Shown here: one piece after another, positions 34,230-42,286 of the stretch
Numbering within the stretch: position 1 is the stretch's first letter
Layout: every line of letters begins with the position of its first letter
Source of the DNA: an uncultured Lentisphaeraceae bacterium
Lineage (GTDB): Bacteria; Verrucomicrobiota; Kiritimatiellia; RFP12; UBA1067
Direction: 5' to 3'
Length of the DNA: 64,000 bases
NCBI GenBank assembly: GCA_964386385.1
Contig: CAYLRN010000001.1
Span: 172,706-236,705, forward strand
The notes under the pieces: generated by a model
What the model was told of the DNA's origin: nothing
What the model saw: the letters and a program-made list of their open reading frames with translations, nothing else
Database searches by the model: none
Translations under genes and position numbers: made by a program

Positions 34230-36443
34230 TCAAACCGCCGGAGCCTTGATCCATTCCTTCATCTCGGCCGACAGCGGGGAGACCGACTTGACGACCGCCT
34301 TGGAAACCTTGCCTTCGGCGTCGGGAAGCTCGATCTCGTCGCCGGCCTTTCTGCCGACCATGTTCTGCGCAAGCCGCGTATTGCAGGAGATGACGCCGAG
34401 GTCGAGATAGTTGTCCCATTCGCCGAGGACGGTGTACGTCCTCTCCTCGCCGGAAGCGGTCACGATGACAACCGTCGTGCCGGGGCAGACGGTCTCGGAG
34501 ACGACGTCCGCGAAGTCGACGGCCTTGACCTCGTTGAGCTGCTTCTGGAGTTCGTCCTGCTTCTGGTGGAGGACGCGCTCCTCGTCCTTCGCGTACTGGT
34601 ATTCCGCGTTTTCGCTCAAGTCGCCGTAGCTCTTCGCGAACTGGATGCGCTTCGTGTTCTCCGGGATGTCCTTCGTGACGAGCTTTTCGTATTCCGCCTG
34701 GCGTTCGGCGTAGGAGCGGAGCGACGTGATGCGTTCGACCGTCTTCGCCGCGGTCTTCTTGATCTGGCGGGCCGCGAGTTCGGGGACGATCTTCGTCATG
34801 CGCACGACGATCATGTGGTGCGTGGACGGGTCCCACGCGATCGACGCCTGGAAGCGCTCGAAGAAGAGGGCCTGGTCGGCCGGCTTCAGGCGCTTGAACA
34901 TGTCCTCAAGCCACTTCTGGTCCGCGAAAAGGCGGCGGATCGTGTTCTGCATCCGCAGCGTCTCGCCCGTCTGCCTGCCCTCGCCAAGCGCGATGGCGTG
35001 GGTCAGGATGACGACGAGCGGCGGCAGGGACTCCCATTCCACGAAGTCGTTGTACCTGCCGATTACGTACGTCACGAGGGGGGCGGGGGCGTGCGGGGAC
35101 TTCAGGAGGTCGGCGGCGGCGTGCTCGCAGACGGAATCCTTCTTGAACGTGTCCAGGGTGGCGCAGAGCAGGGAATACGTCATCACCGCCAGATTGTCGA
35201 AGAGCTTCTGCTTGCGCCCGGCGCGCTCCTCCTCCGTGGAACCCATGGAGAGGAACGTCACGAAGCGCACCATGTCGCGGGCGGGCAGAACGCGCGCCGC
35301 GTCGAGATAGCGGTCTTCCGTCCACATGTAGTTGCGCGCCTTGGCGATGGTCTCCGGGTCGAAGCCAAGCCCGTCAAGGCAGAACGCGATGCGCAGATAG
35401 AGCGAATCGTCCACGCCGCGGACGCCCTTGAGCGCATAGCGGAGACGCTCGGCGATGCAGGCCTTCTGCTCGTCGCCGAGCTTAGCGAAATGCGCCTTGG
35501 CGGACTGGAGCTCGGCGACGGACGCGAAGATGGACTTGGGGTCGCACTCCTTCGCGAACGCCGAGAACCAGGTGTCGCCGTACGTCTCCTCCGAGGCCTT
35601 GAGCACGATCGGCTCGGCCCGGCGCGTGGGAATCGCGACGCACTTGTTCGTGCGCAGCTCGGCGCGCGCCTTCTCCCAGAAGGATTTCCACTTCGCCGCC
35701 TTGTCGCCCCGGTTCCTGCCGTTGTCCGGAAGGAGGCGGGCGAAGCCGTACTGGTTCACCAGCTCCTCGAGGCGCGAGACGGGCATGTTGCCGAAGCTCT
35801 CCAGCATGGCGACGACGAATTCGCCCGGCTTCTCCTTCATCTGCGCCTTGATGCGGTCGGGGTCGCCCTTCAGCATCAGGAGTATGTGGCCGTCGGGCGC
35901 GATGGAAAGCGTCTCGCAGGCGGCGTCGTACGTGAACTGGTGTCCGGGGCGGGTGGGGAAGTCCACGCTCACGCGACGGTAGAAGTCGTCGATCCTCCTG
36001 ACCTGGCCAAGCCCCCAGGCGCGGCTGAGGACGTAGGCCCCCGGGCGGAAGGAGACAAGACGCTCCAGGCGCTTGACAGGCTCGTTGAGGTCGGGCCGGA
36101 CGTCGAAGCCCACCGCGTCAATGAACGAAAGAAGCGTCCTGTCCTTCGTCGTGCGCTTCAGGGCGTCCCTGACCCCGGCGCCGCTCAGGCAGGAGTTAAG
36201 CAGCCTGCCGCAGCCGGACACGGCCTTGAACGCGCCGTCGAAGTCGCCGGCCTCCCCCATCGCCGCAAGCAGCGCGGCGGCGTTCGCCTCCCCCTTGCTG
36301 GGAGGCAGACTGGAAATCAACTTGACGACCTCATCCACCGGACACGGCGTGACCGAAAGCTTCGTGCCAATCTCGGCTTCAATCTCCTCAACGGACTTCT
36401 TATCCATAACTGCCTTTTTCTGGTTGAAAAACGTAAGGGGCAT
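34230..36443 (-). CDS. Large protein of about 737 aa with a C-terminal GreA/GreB-type transcript-cleavage-factor domain and a long uncharacterised N-terminal region. The start is ambiguous between 36443 and 36407.
   Basis: C-terminus ...FAKSYGDLSENAEYQYAKDEERVLHQKQDELQKQLNEVKAVDF...GTTVVIVTASGEERTYTVLGEWD... is GreA-like. The ORF-track start at 36632 is probably read-through. Confidence 0.65.
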   Translation of the reverse strand: MPLTFFNQKKAVMDKKSVEEIEAEIGTKLSVTPCPVDEVVKLISSLPPSKGEANAAALLAAMGEAGDFDGAFKAVSGCGRLLNSCLSGAGVRDALKRTTKDRTLLSFIDAVGFDVRPDLNEPVKRLERLVSFRPGAYVLSRAWGLGQVRRIDDFYRRVSVDFPTRPGHQFTYDAACETLSIAPDGHILLMLKGDPDRIKAQMKEKPGEFVVAMLESFGNMPVSRLEELVNQYGFARLLPDNGRNRGDKAAKWKSFWEKARAELRTNKCVAIPTRRAEPIVLKASEETYGDTWFSAFAKECDPKSIFASVAELQSAKAHFAKLGDEQKACIAERLRYALKGVRGVDDSLYLRIAFCLDGLGFDPETIAKARNYMWTEDRYLDAARVLPARDMVRFVTFLSMGSTEEERAGRKQKLFDNLAVMTYSLLCATLDTFKKDSVCEHAAADLLKSPHAPAPLVTYVIGRYNDFVEWESLPPLVVILTHAIALGEGRQTGETLRMQNTIRRLFADQKWLEDMFKRLKPADQALFFERFQASIAWDPSTHHMIVVRMTKIVPELAARQIKKTAAKTVERITSLRSYAERQAEYEKLVTKDIPENTKRIQFAKSYGDLSENAEYQYAKDEERVLHQKQDELQKQLNEVKAVDFADVVSETVCPGTTVVIVTASGEERTYTVLGEWDNYLDLGVISCNTRLAQNMVGRKAGDEIELPDAEGKVSKAVVKSVSPLSAEMKEWIKAPAV

Positions 36444-36615
36444 TTTATCAAATCCACTCCGCTTGTGCAACCTTGCAACGTCTTGGAGGCTTCCCGTTTT
36501 TTCACGGCCGGCAAGTCCATCTCGCGGCAACTCCCCGTTTCCGGCTTTCAGGGAGAGACAACCGCCCGCGGATTCAATGAAGCCCGTGGGTGATGGCGGC
36601 GCGGAAAATGAAGAG

Positions 36616-36660
36616 GGGCAGAACCACCGCATTTATATGAATGCGGTGGTTCTGCCGTTC
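36616..36660. terminator. Perfect 16-17 bp inverted repeat GGCAGAACCACCGCATT-tatatg-AATGCGGTGGTTCTGCC. It is a candidate terminator for the convergent/upstream LamG gene or a regulatory hairpin for the GreA-like gene.
   Basis: The palindrome is read directly from the sequence. It lies about 115 nt downstream of the LamG gene stop (36773) and about 170 nt upstream of the GreA-like start. TATGAATGCGG is directly repeated nearby. Confidence 0.35.
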
Positions 36661-36772
36661 GCTATGAATGCGGAGATTCGCCACTCAAGCCGTGCGGGAC
36701 GGCGAAAGGAAGTTCGCGTACTGAAGCCGCATGGTACGGCAAAAGCGCAGGAATGGCGACTGCGGATTCGCG

Positions 36773-39700
36773 TCACCTGAACTGGATGAGCGTTCCGAGA
36801 TGGAGCCAGCGCACCTCGTCGAGCACCGAGAAGCCGACGTCGCCGACGACCGAGAGGTCGTGCACGGCGTTCCCGTTCGCGACGCCATCGCGAAGGCCGT
36901 CCGAACCGGCGTCGAGCGGCCACCAGCCGAGCAGCCCAGACTCCGTGCCTTCCGGAGGACGTCCGCAGTGGCGGGCGACCTCGCCGGGCGTCAGCGCCCG
37001 GTCCCAGAGCGTGACCTGCGAGAGCGTTCCCTTGACCGAGAAGCCGCCTACGCAGTGTCCGCCGATGCGTAGGCTGTACCAGTCCGTGGCGGGATTGACG
37101 AAATTCTCCGCGCCGTCGGCGGAATCCACCAGCCGCCCGTCAAGGTAGAGCCGCGCCTCTGACCGGCCCAGGTCGTGCGTGAAGGCCAGCTGGTGCCAGC
37201 GGCCGGAATTGCGGACGGCGGAGGCGTCGAAGCCCAGCTCAAGCATGTTGTTGTCGAAGTCGCGCGTCTGGACACTGATCTTGAAGAACGAACTGTCCGT
37301 CCTGCTTGCGTTCGCGAAGCAGCAGAACCCCGGCGTCCTGTTGCCCAAGGCGCCCTTCGAGACGATTGCGCCGTAAAGTTCGTCGTCCAGCCCGCGCCCG
37401 CCGACGTCCAGGTCGCGAAACCACACGGTGAACGAGAAGTTCGTGAGCGACGGCCCCCACCCGGCGTTCAGGCAGGACGGCCCGTACGATCCCGTGAGAT
37501 GCGGAACGCCGGCCGAGCCGCCGGGGCCTGCAAGGAACGCCGCGCCCTCGGCGGAGGGATAAAACGCGCCGACGACGAGGTCGTACATCCCCGCCACGCC
37601 GTCGGCCTTGCGTTCGCATGGGATGAACTTGCGCGCGAGCGTCCCGTCCTGCCAGATCGCCGCGGCGTGGAGGCGTCCCCATCCAGACGCTTTCGGCCCA
37701 GCCTTCAGCAGGCTTATCTGCGCCGTGGACGTCCCCGTCATGGGATAGTCCAGCGCGGCAGACTTCGTTCCGTCCACGTAGAACGCGCCGCCCCTCGCGT
37801 CGAGCGTCAGGCGGGCCCGCGTGCCTGAAACGGCCACCACGGGCGACGACGGGGCGTTCCACCCCAGTGCGTCCTCAAGGCCGGCGTCCATGCAGCGGCT
37901 CACCCAGCGCATGTTGTTCAGCGACGTGAAGGCCTCGAAGAAAAACGCCCCGGCGGGAACGTCCGCCTCCGCGCAGTCGCGCGCGCCGACGACATGGCGG
38001 TTCAGGGTGGCGCTGACGTTGTACGGCGTGAAGTCGACCGTCGCCGTCGTCCCGGGCGTCGCGTACACGCACGTCGCTATGGACTGCGCGCCCGTGGCGA
38101 CGACGTAGTCGAGGGCCGCGTATCCGTCGGGAAGTTCCGAAACGTCGAGGTACGCGCCGCGCTCGAACGCATCCGAACCGGCGGCGTTCACGTGGAACGC
38201 GCCCGTGACGCGGTCGTACAGGCCCGCGGCGCCGTCCGTGATGCGCTCGAACGGCGCGAGGTCGCGCACAAGGACGTCTCCCTCGTAGATCTTCCAGCCG
38301 TAGACGCGAAGCCCGTAGTACGTGAACGGCGTGAGCAGTCCGTTCGCCGCGCACGACCCGCAGAGGGCAAGGGAGTTCACGGAGTGCGTAGTCGTCTTCA
38401 CGGCGGCATGCGTCGACTGGACGCCGAACGAGACCGCTCCGGAGGCGGCGTCCACCTCGAACGCGCCGCGGGACGTGCGGTTCTGGACGTCCCAGCTGTA
38501 GATGTCCGCCCCCGACGCATACGATCTGTCCATCCAGAGGAACAGCTGGTTGTCCTGAAAGTCGTAGCCGCCGAAGTTAACAGTCATGCAAACGACGCCG
38601 TCCGGCTCCGCGCAGCCGAAGAATGACGCGCCTTTGACGCCGTTGACAGGCTTGCGGTTTGCGGGGCTGCCGACGAACTGGATGTCGCCCGCAATGCGCG
38701 TGGAGGGATTGGGGCAGTAGCCCAGGTCGAAGCACTGCGTGCCGGTGGACGCGACGTACTCGACCGGGCGCAGCGCGCCGGCGGGCGTGACGGTGAACTC
38801 CTTCGTGACGGCCCATCCCGCGCGCTCGCCAAGGCCGGTCACGGTCACGGTGCCGGCACCAGGCGCGGCGTTGTCCGCATACGACAGTTCGTAGTCCGTC
38901 CCCTCCTCCAGCGGCAGTTCCGTGACGGGGTCGACTACGCGGGGCTTCGGACGGCACGGGTTCGCGCCGTCATACACCTGGTCCGGCACGGGGCGGACGA
39001 CGAACGAAGCGTTCTCTCCTAGGAAGCGGGCGCGGTCAAGCGTCGCGTTGCGGTCTCTCTCGTATGGCGTGAGGGCGCGGTCGTAGACCCGGATGGCGTG
39101 GACGCGGACGTCGGCGCGCGGGTTAGAGAAGAACGCGAACTTCGCCCCCCAGTCCTCGGAGTACGAATCCATCGCGAAGTCTGAGAGGGCGATGGCCTCG
39201 CCGTCGCAGAAGAAGGCGCTTGTAGCGGTGTTCGTGCCGTAGGTGAGGGAAAAGACGTGGACCTCCGCCGTCGTCATGTCCTCCGGCTGCCAGTGCCATA
39301 TCCGCCTCTTGGACGCGCTTTCGGGGAAGAAGGCGTAGAAGCCGTTGTCCTTGTCCCTGCGATAGCCGAAGCTTCCGCGCGGAGTGTCGGCAACCGTCTG
39401 CAGGTTGTAGTAGTTGTCGGAGAACTTCCAGGCGACGTTCTGCATGACGACCTCGACCGTGAACGCCCCGGCGTCGGGTCCTGTCGACAGACCCGCCAGG
39501 GCCGCCATCTCCGTCGTGTCCACGCCGGCCGTCTTGTCCGGCTTCGCGAGCGAGAGAAAGGCGTTCGCCTCGGCGGCGACAAGACTCGTGGCGGGAATGG
39601 CGAGGTCGTTGCCGTTCCCTGAAAGGTCTTTCCAGACCGTCGGCGAATCGGAGTGCGAGCGGACGCCGTCCACAATCGCGTTGTCTATGCCGTCCCAGTG

Positions 39701-39847
39701 CGCGACGAGGCCGTTCGTGACGTAGGCGTCCGACCCGAACTCGCCGGCGGAAGCCGCCGTCCCCAACGCAAGCGCCGCCATGAACGCCGCCACCGGACGC
39801 GCCATGCGCCCACTTCCCATCGACCTCGACCGATCTATCGATTTCAT
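36773..39847 (-). CDS. Secreted LamG/concanavalin-A-like lectin-domain protein of 1024 aa. It is a paralogue-class of the 3797-7552 protein.
   Basis: Signal peptide ...MARPVAAFMAALALGTAASAG. LSGNGNDLAI and C-terminal ARLYLDGRLVDSADGA...GTLSQVTLWDRALTPGEVARH are LamG_3-type signatures. AAAGGAGA RBS precedes the ATG at 39847. Confidence 0.75.
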   Translation of the reverse strand: MKSIDRSRSMGSGRMARPVAAFMAALALGTAASAGEFGSDAYVTNGLVAHWDGIDNAIVDGVRSHSDSPTVWKDLSGNGNDLAIPATSLVAAEANAFLSLAKPDKTAGVDTTEMAALAGLSTGPDAGAFTVEVVMQNVAWKFSDNYYNLQTVADTPRGSFGYRRDKDNGFYAFFPESASKRRIWHWQPEDMTTAEVHVFSLTYGTNTATSAFFCDGEAIALSDFAMDSYSEDWGAKFAFFSNPRADVRVHAIRVYDRALTPYERDRNATLDRARFLGENASFVVRPVPDQVYDGANPCRPKPRVVDPVTELPLEEGTDYELSYADNAAPGAGTVTVTGLGERAGWAVTKEFTVTPAGALRPVEYVASTGTQCFDLGYCPNPSTRIAGDIQFVGSPANRKPVNGVKGASFFGCAEPDGVVCMTVNFGGYDFQDNQLFLWMDRSYASGADIYSWDVQNRTSRGAFEVDAASGAVSFGVQSTHAAVKTTTHSVNSLALCGSCAANGLLTPFTYYGLRVYGWKIYEGDVLVRDLAPFERITDGAAGLYDRVTGAFHVNAAGSDAFERGAYLDVSELPDGYAALDYVVATGAQSIATCVYATPGTTATVDFTPYNVSATLNRHVVGARDCAEADVPAGAFFFEAFTSLNNMRWVSRCMDAGLEDALGWNAPSSPVVAVSGTRARLTLDARGGAFYVDGTKSAALDYPMTGTSTAQISLLKAGPKASGWGRLHAAAIWQDGTLARKFIPCERKADGVAGMYDLVVGAFYPSAEGAAFLAGPGGSAGVPHLTGSYGPSCLNAGWGPSLTNFSFTVWFRDLDVGGRGLDDELYGAIVSKGALGNRTPGFCCFANASRTDSSFFKISVQTRDFDNNMLELGFDASAVRNSGRWHQLAFTHDLGRSEARLYLDGRLVDSADGAENFVNPATDWYSLRIGGHCVGGFSVKGTLSQVTLWDRALTPGEVARHCGRPPEGTESGLLGWWPLDAGSDGLRDGVANGNAVHDLSVVGDVGFSVLDEVRWLHLGTLIQFR

Positions 39848-39932
39848 CCGCGTCTCCTTTCAGCGTGGAGGTGAAAGCGCCCGCCGCGCGCGGCGCAGCG
39901 CAACCAAAGACAACATTCGATTATTGCGGTGA

Positions 39933-39958
39933 ATTATATGCTTTTTTTTTCCTGTCAA
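39933..39958 (-). promoter_or_regulatory. Sigma70-like promoter TTGACA-14 nt-TATAAT for the LamG gene. The spacer is dominated by an A9 (T9 on the plus strand) homopolymer.
   Basis: Minus strand reads cgccaTTGACAggaaaaaaaaagcaTATAATtcacc. It has the same architecture as the 7626-7653 promoter. Confidence 0.5.
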
Positions 39959-40039
39959 TGGCGCTGGCCGCTTTTATTTCGTCCGCCGGCGAAATAGGCA
40001 GCGGATTTCCGCGCCCATGTTGACGCGGGGAAAACGGCG

Positions 40040-40058
40040 TGGTAGAATGGTCTGCATG
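40040..40058 (+). promoter_or_regulatory. Extended -10 TGgTAGAAT located 7 nt upstream of the ATG at 40056 (leaderless-type start).
   Basis: Sequence reads cgTGgTAGAATggtctgcATGaatcgg. No RBS is present. Confidence 0.4.
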
Positions 40059-42080
40059 AATCGGCGACTGAAAATACCGTACGGCATAAAGGACTTCAAG
40101 CGGATACGCGAAGAAGGCTACTACTACGTCGACAAGACGGCGTACGTCCGGCGGATGGAGGAGCGCGACAGCTTCGTCTTCTTCGCGCGCCCCAGGCGCA
40201 TGGGCAAGTCCCTCTTCGTCGAGACGCTCCGCCGCTACTACGACGTCAACGAAAAGGGCAACTTCAGGAAGCTGTTCGGGGGGCTTGACATCGGCGAGAA
40301 CCCCACCGAGAACGCGAACAGGTACCAGGTGCTCGCGCTCGACTTTTCGCTGGTCGCCGCCAGTTCCGAGCGGACCCTCGAGCAGGCGTTCGACGCATAC
40401 ATGGACGTCTGCCTCGACCGATTCTTCGTCCGCTATCCGAACTGCTATCCGCCGGAGGACAGGCCGGCGTTCGCCGCGCTCACCCCGGAGGCGAAGTTCG
40501 CCTACCTCTCGCAGACCGCGAATGAGCGCGGAGCGCAGATCTATCTTGTCATCGACGAATACGACAACTTCACGAACACGATGCTGCGCAGCGAGGCGAA
40601 CAGGGACTACCGCGCCGTCACGCACGGCGCCGGGTTCTACCGCGGCTGGTTCAAGAAGTTCAAGGAGGCCTGCTCGCGCATATTCATGACAGGCGTCTCG
40701 CCCGTGACGATGGACGACCTCACGAGCGGCTTCAACATCGCCGCCAACCTCACCCAGCTCCCCGCGTTCAACGCGATGGCGGGCTTCTCCGAGGCCGAGG
40801 TCGTGAAGATGTACTCCGACTTCAAGGGCGTCGGCGAGTTCACGGACGGCGACCCCGCCGAAATCGTGAAGTCCATCAAGCCGTGGTACGACGGCTACTG
40901 CTTCTCGACGGCGAAGATAGGGAAGGAATGCGTGTTCAACAGCGACATGGCCCTCTACTACCTGAAGTCGCTCGTGGACGACGGACGGCCGCCGGAGAAC
41001 ATGGTGGACGCCAACGTCAGGACCGACTACGAGAAGCTGAAGATCATCGCCGAGATTCAAAGGCAGCACAGGTACTGCGCAGGGACAGGCTCCTGTGCGG
41101 TGCAGGACTCTGATGTCCAAGACGGCGCAATGGCTTCCGCGCCCGCTTCCGCAGCCGCAGGGCAGGCCACTGCGCCGGCAGCCGCACAGGCGCTTGCATC
41201 AGGGTTCCGCACCGCATCTGGCGCTGCGGTGGCGGATGCTTTCCATGTGCCTCCGCTGGCGCCTGCGGCGGCAGATGAGCCGGCCATTGCACCGTCTTTG
41301 CCATCAGAGTTCCGTACCACATCAGATGCCGCAGAAAACGCCGCGCTCGACAGCGTGGACGTGCTGCCGGTCACGGAGCGGCTGGCGGCGACCGGCGAAA
41401 TCTCCTTCGACCTCGTGGAGAGCTTCCCCGCGGACAGGATATCCGACCTCGCGAACTTCCACTCGCTCTTCCACTACTACGGCATCGTGTCGATGCAGGG
41501 AAGGCGCAGGGGGAGCACCGTGTTCCGCATCCCCAACGTCTGCGTCCGCCGCCAGCTCTTCGACTACCTCCGCGACACCTACCACAGGACGCGGGCTCCG
41601 GACTGGATCGAGTGGTCGCATCTCGCATCGGCTTTCGCCTACGACGGCGACTGGAAGCCGTTCCTCAGGCGCCTTGCGCGGGACTACGCGGAGACCACGC
41701 CCGTTCGCGGCGGCCTCCAGGGCGAGATCCGCGTACAGGGCTACATGCAGGCGGAGTTCGGACACCTCAAGTTCTATCTCCTCGCGCCGGAGATGGAGCT
41801 TTCCCGCGGCTTCTGCGACTTCTGCCTCTTCCCGGAGAGGGTCCACTACGGCGACGCCTCGCACAGCTATCTCATCGAACTGAAGTACGCGAAGGCTGAG
41901 GCCTCGGACGAGGACATGGCCGGTCTGGTCGCGGAGGCGAAGGCGCAGCTTGCGAAGTACCGCGCCGACCGCTCCGTCCCGTCCCTCGCGCGCGGCACGA
42001 CCCTGCACCAGATCGTCTACGTCTTCCGCGGGACGGTTCTGCATACTCTGGAGCAATTCAGTTGCGAACAAATGGCTTAA
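40056..42080 (+). CDS. AAA-ATPase-like domain protein (PF09820-type N-terminus) with a C-terminal PD-(D/E)XK nuclease-like domain (PDDEXK_9-type). It contains an Ala/Pro-rich low-complexity insertion.
   Basis: KIPYGIKDFKRIREEGYYYVDKTAYV, FFARPRRMGKSL, and C-terminal SYLIELKYAKAE. A paralogue lies at 57183-58943 with about 60% identity outside the insertion. Confidence 0.8.
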   Translation: MNRRLKIPYGIKDFKRIREEGYYYVDKTAYVRRMEERDSFVFFARPRRMGKSLFVETLRRYYDVNEKGNFRKLFGGLDIGENPTENANRYQVLALDFSLVAASSERTLEQAFDAYMDVCLDRFFVRYPNCYPPEDRPAFAALTPEAKFAYLSQTANERGAQIYLVIDEYDNFTNTMLRSEANRDYRAVTHGAGFYRGWFKKFKEACSRIFMTGVSPVTMDDLTSGFNIAANLTQLPAFNAMAGFSEAEVVKMYSDFKGVGEFTDGDPAEIVKSIKPWYDGYCFSTAKIGKECVFNSDMALYYLKSLVDDGRPPENMVDANVRTDYEKLKIIAEIQRQHRYCAGTGSCAVQDSDVQDGAMASAPASAAAGQATAPAAAQALASGFRTASGAAVADAFHVPPLAPAAADEPAIAPSLPSEFRTTSDAAENAALDSVDVLPVTERLAATGEISFDLVESFPADRISDLANFHSLFHYYGIVSMQGRRRGSTVFRIPNVCVRRQLFDYLRDTYHRTRAPDWIEWSHLASAFAYDGDWKPFLRRLARDYAETTPVRGGLQGEIRVQGYMQAEFGHLKFYLLAPEMELSRGFCDFCLFPERVHYGDASHSYLIELKYAKAEASDEDMAGLVAEAKAQLAKYRADRSVPSLARGTTLHQIVYVFRGTVLHTLEQFSCEQMA

Positions 42081-42179
42081 GTGTTTAAGCGTTCAAGTGG
42101 TTAAGTTTTTCCTGCGCTCCATGGCAGAACCTGGCACTCGCAAACTTGACCACTTGACGCTTGACCGCTAAATCTTGAT
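42077..42179 (+). promoter_or_regulatory. Direct-repeat arrays between the AAA-ATPase gene and purM. There are four TTAAG/TCAAG pentamers at 8-nt phasing, then three TTGACn heptamers plus a TTGAT.
   Basis: gcTTAAGtgtTTAAGcgtTCAAGtggTTAAGttt and cTTGACcacTTGACgcTTGACcgctaaatcTTGATcg. Downstream are TTGcTAAAAT (-10-like) and the palindrome CCCCATATTGGGG in the purM leader. Confidence 0.35.
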
Positions 42180-42286
42180 CGACGCGCCCCATGTCAAAGA
42201 TAGGGGGTTGTCTTTTGCCGTTCTTTTTGCTAAAATGTCCGCAATTCCCCCATATTGGGGATTGAATGAACCAAGGAGAATGAACC

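Noticed and set aside
34566-36593. 675-aa plus-strand ORF
   Set aside because: It is antisense to the GreA-domain gene, whose C-terminus is unmistakably GreA-like.
39921-41120. 399-aa minus-strand ORF
   Set aside because: It is antisense to the PF09820 ATPase-like gene.
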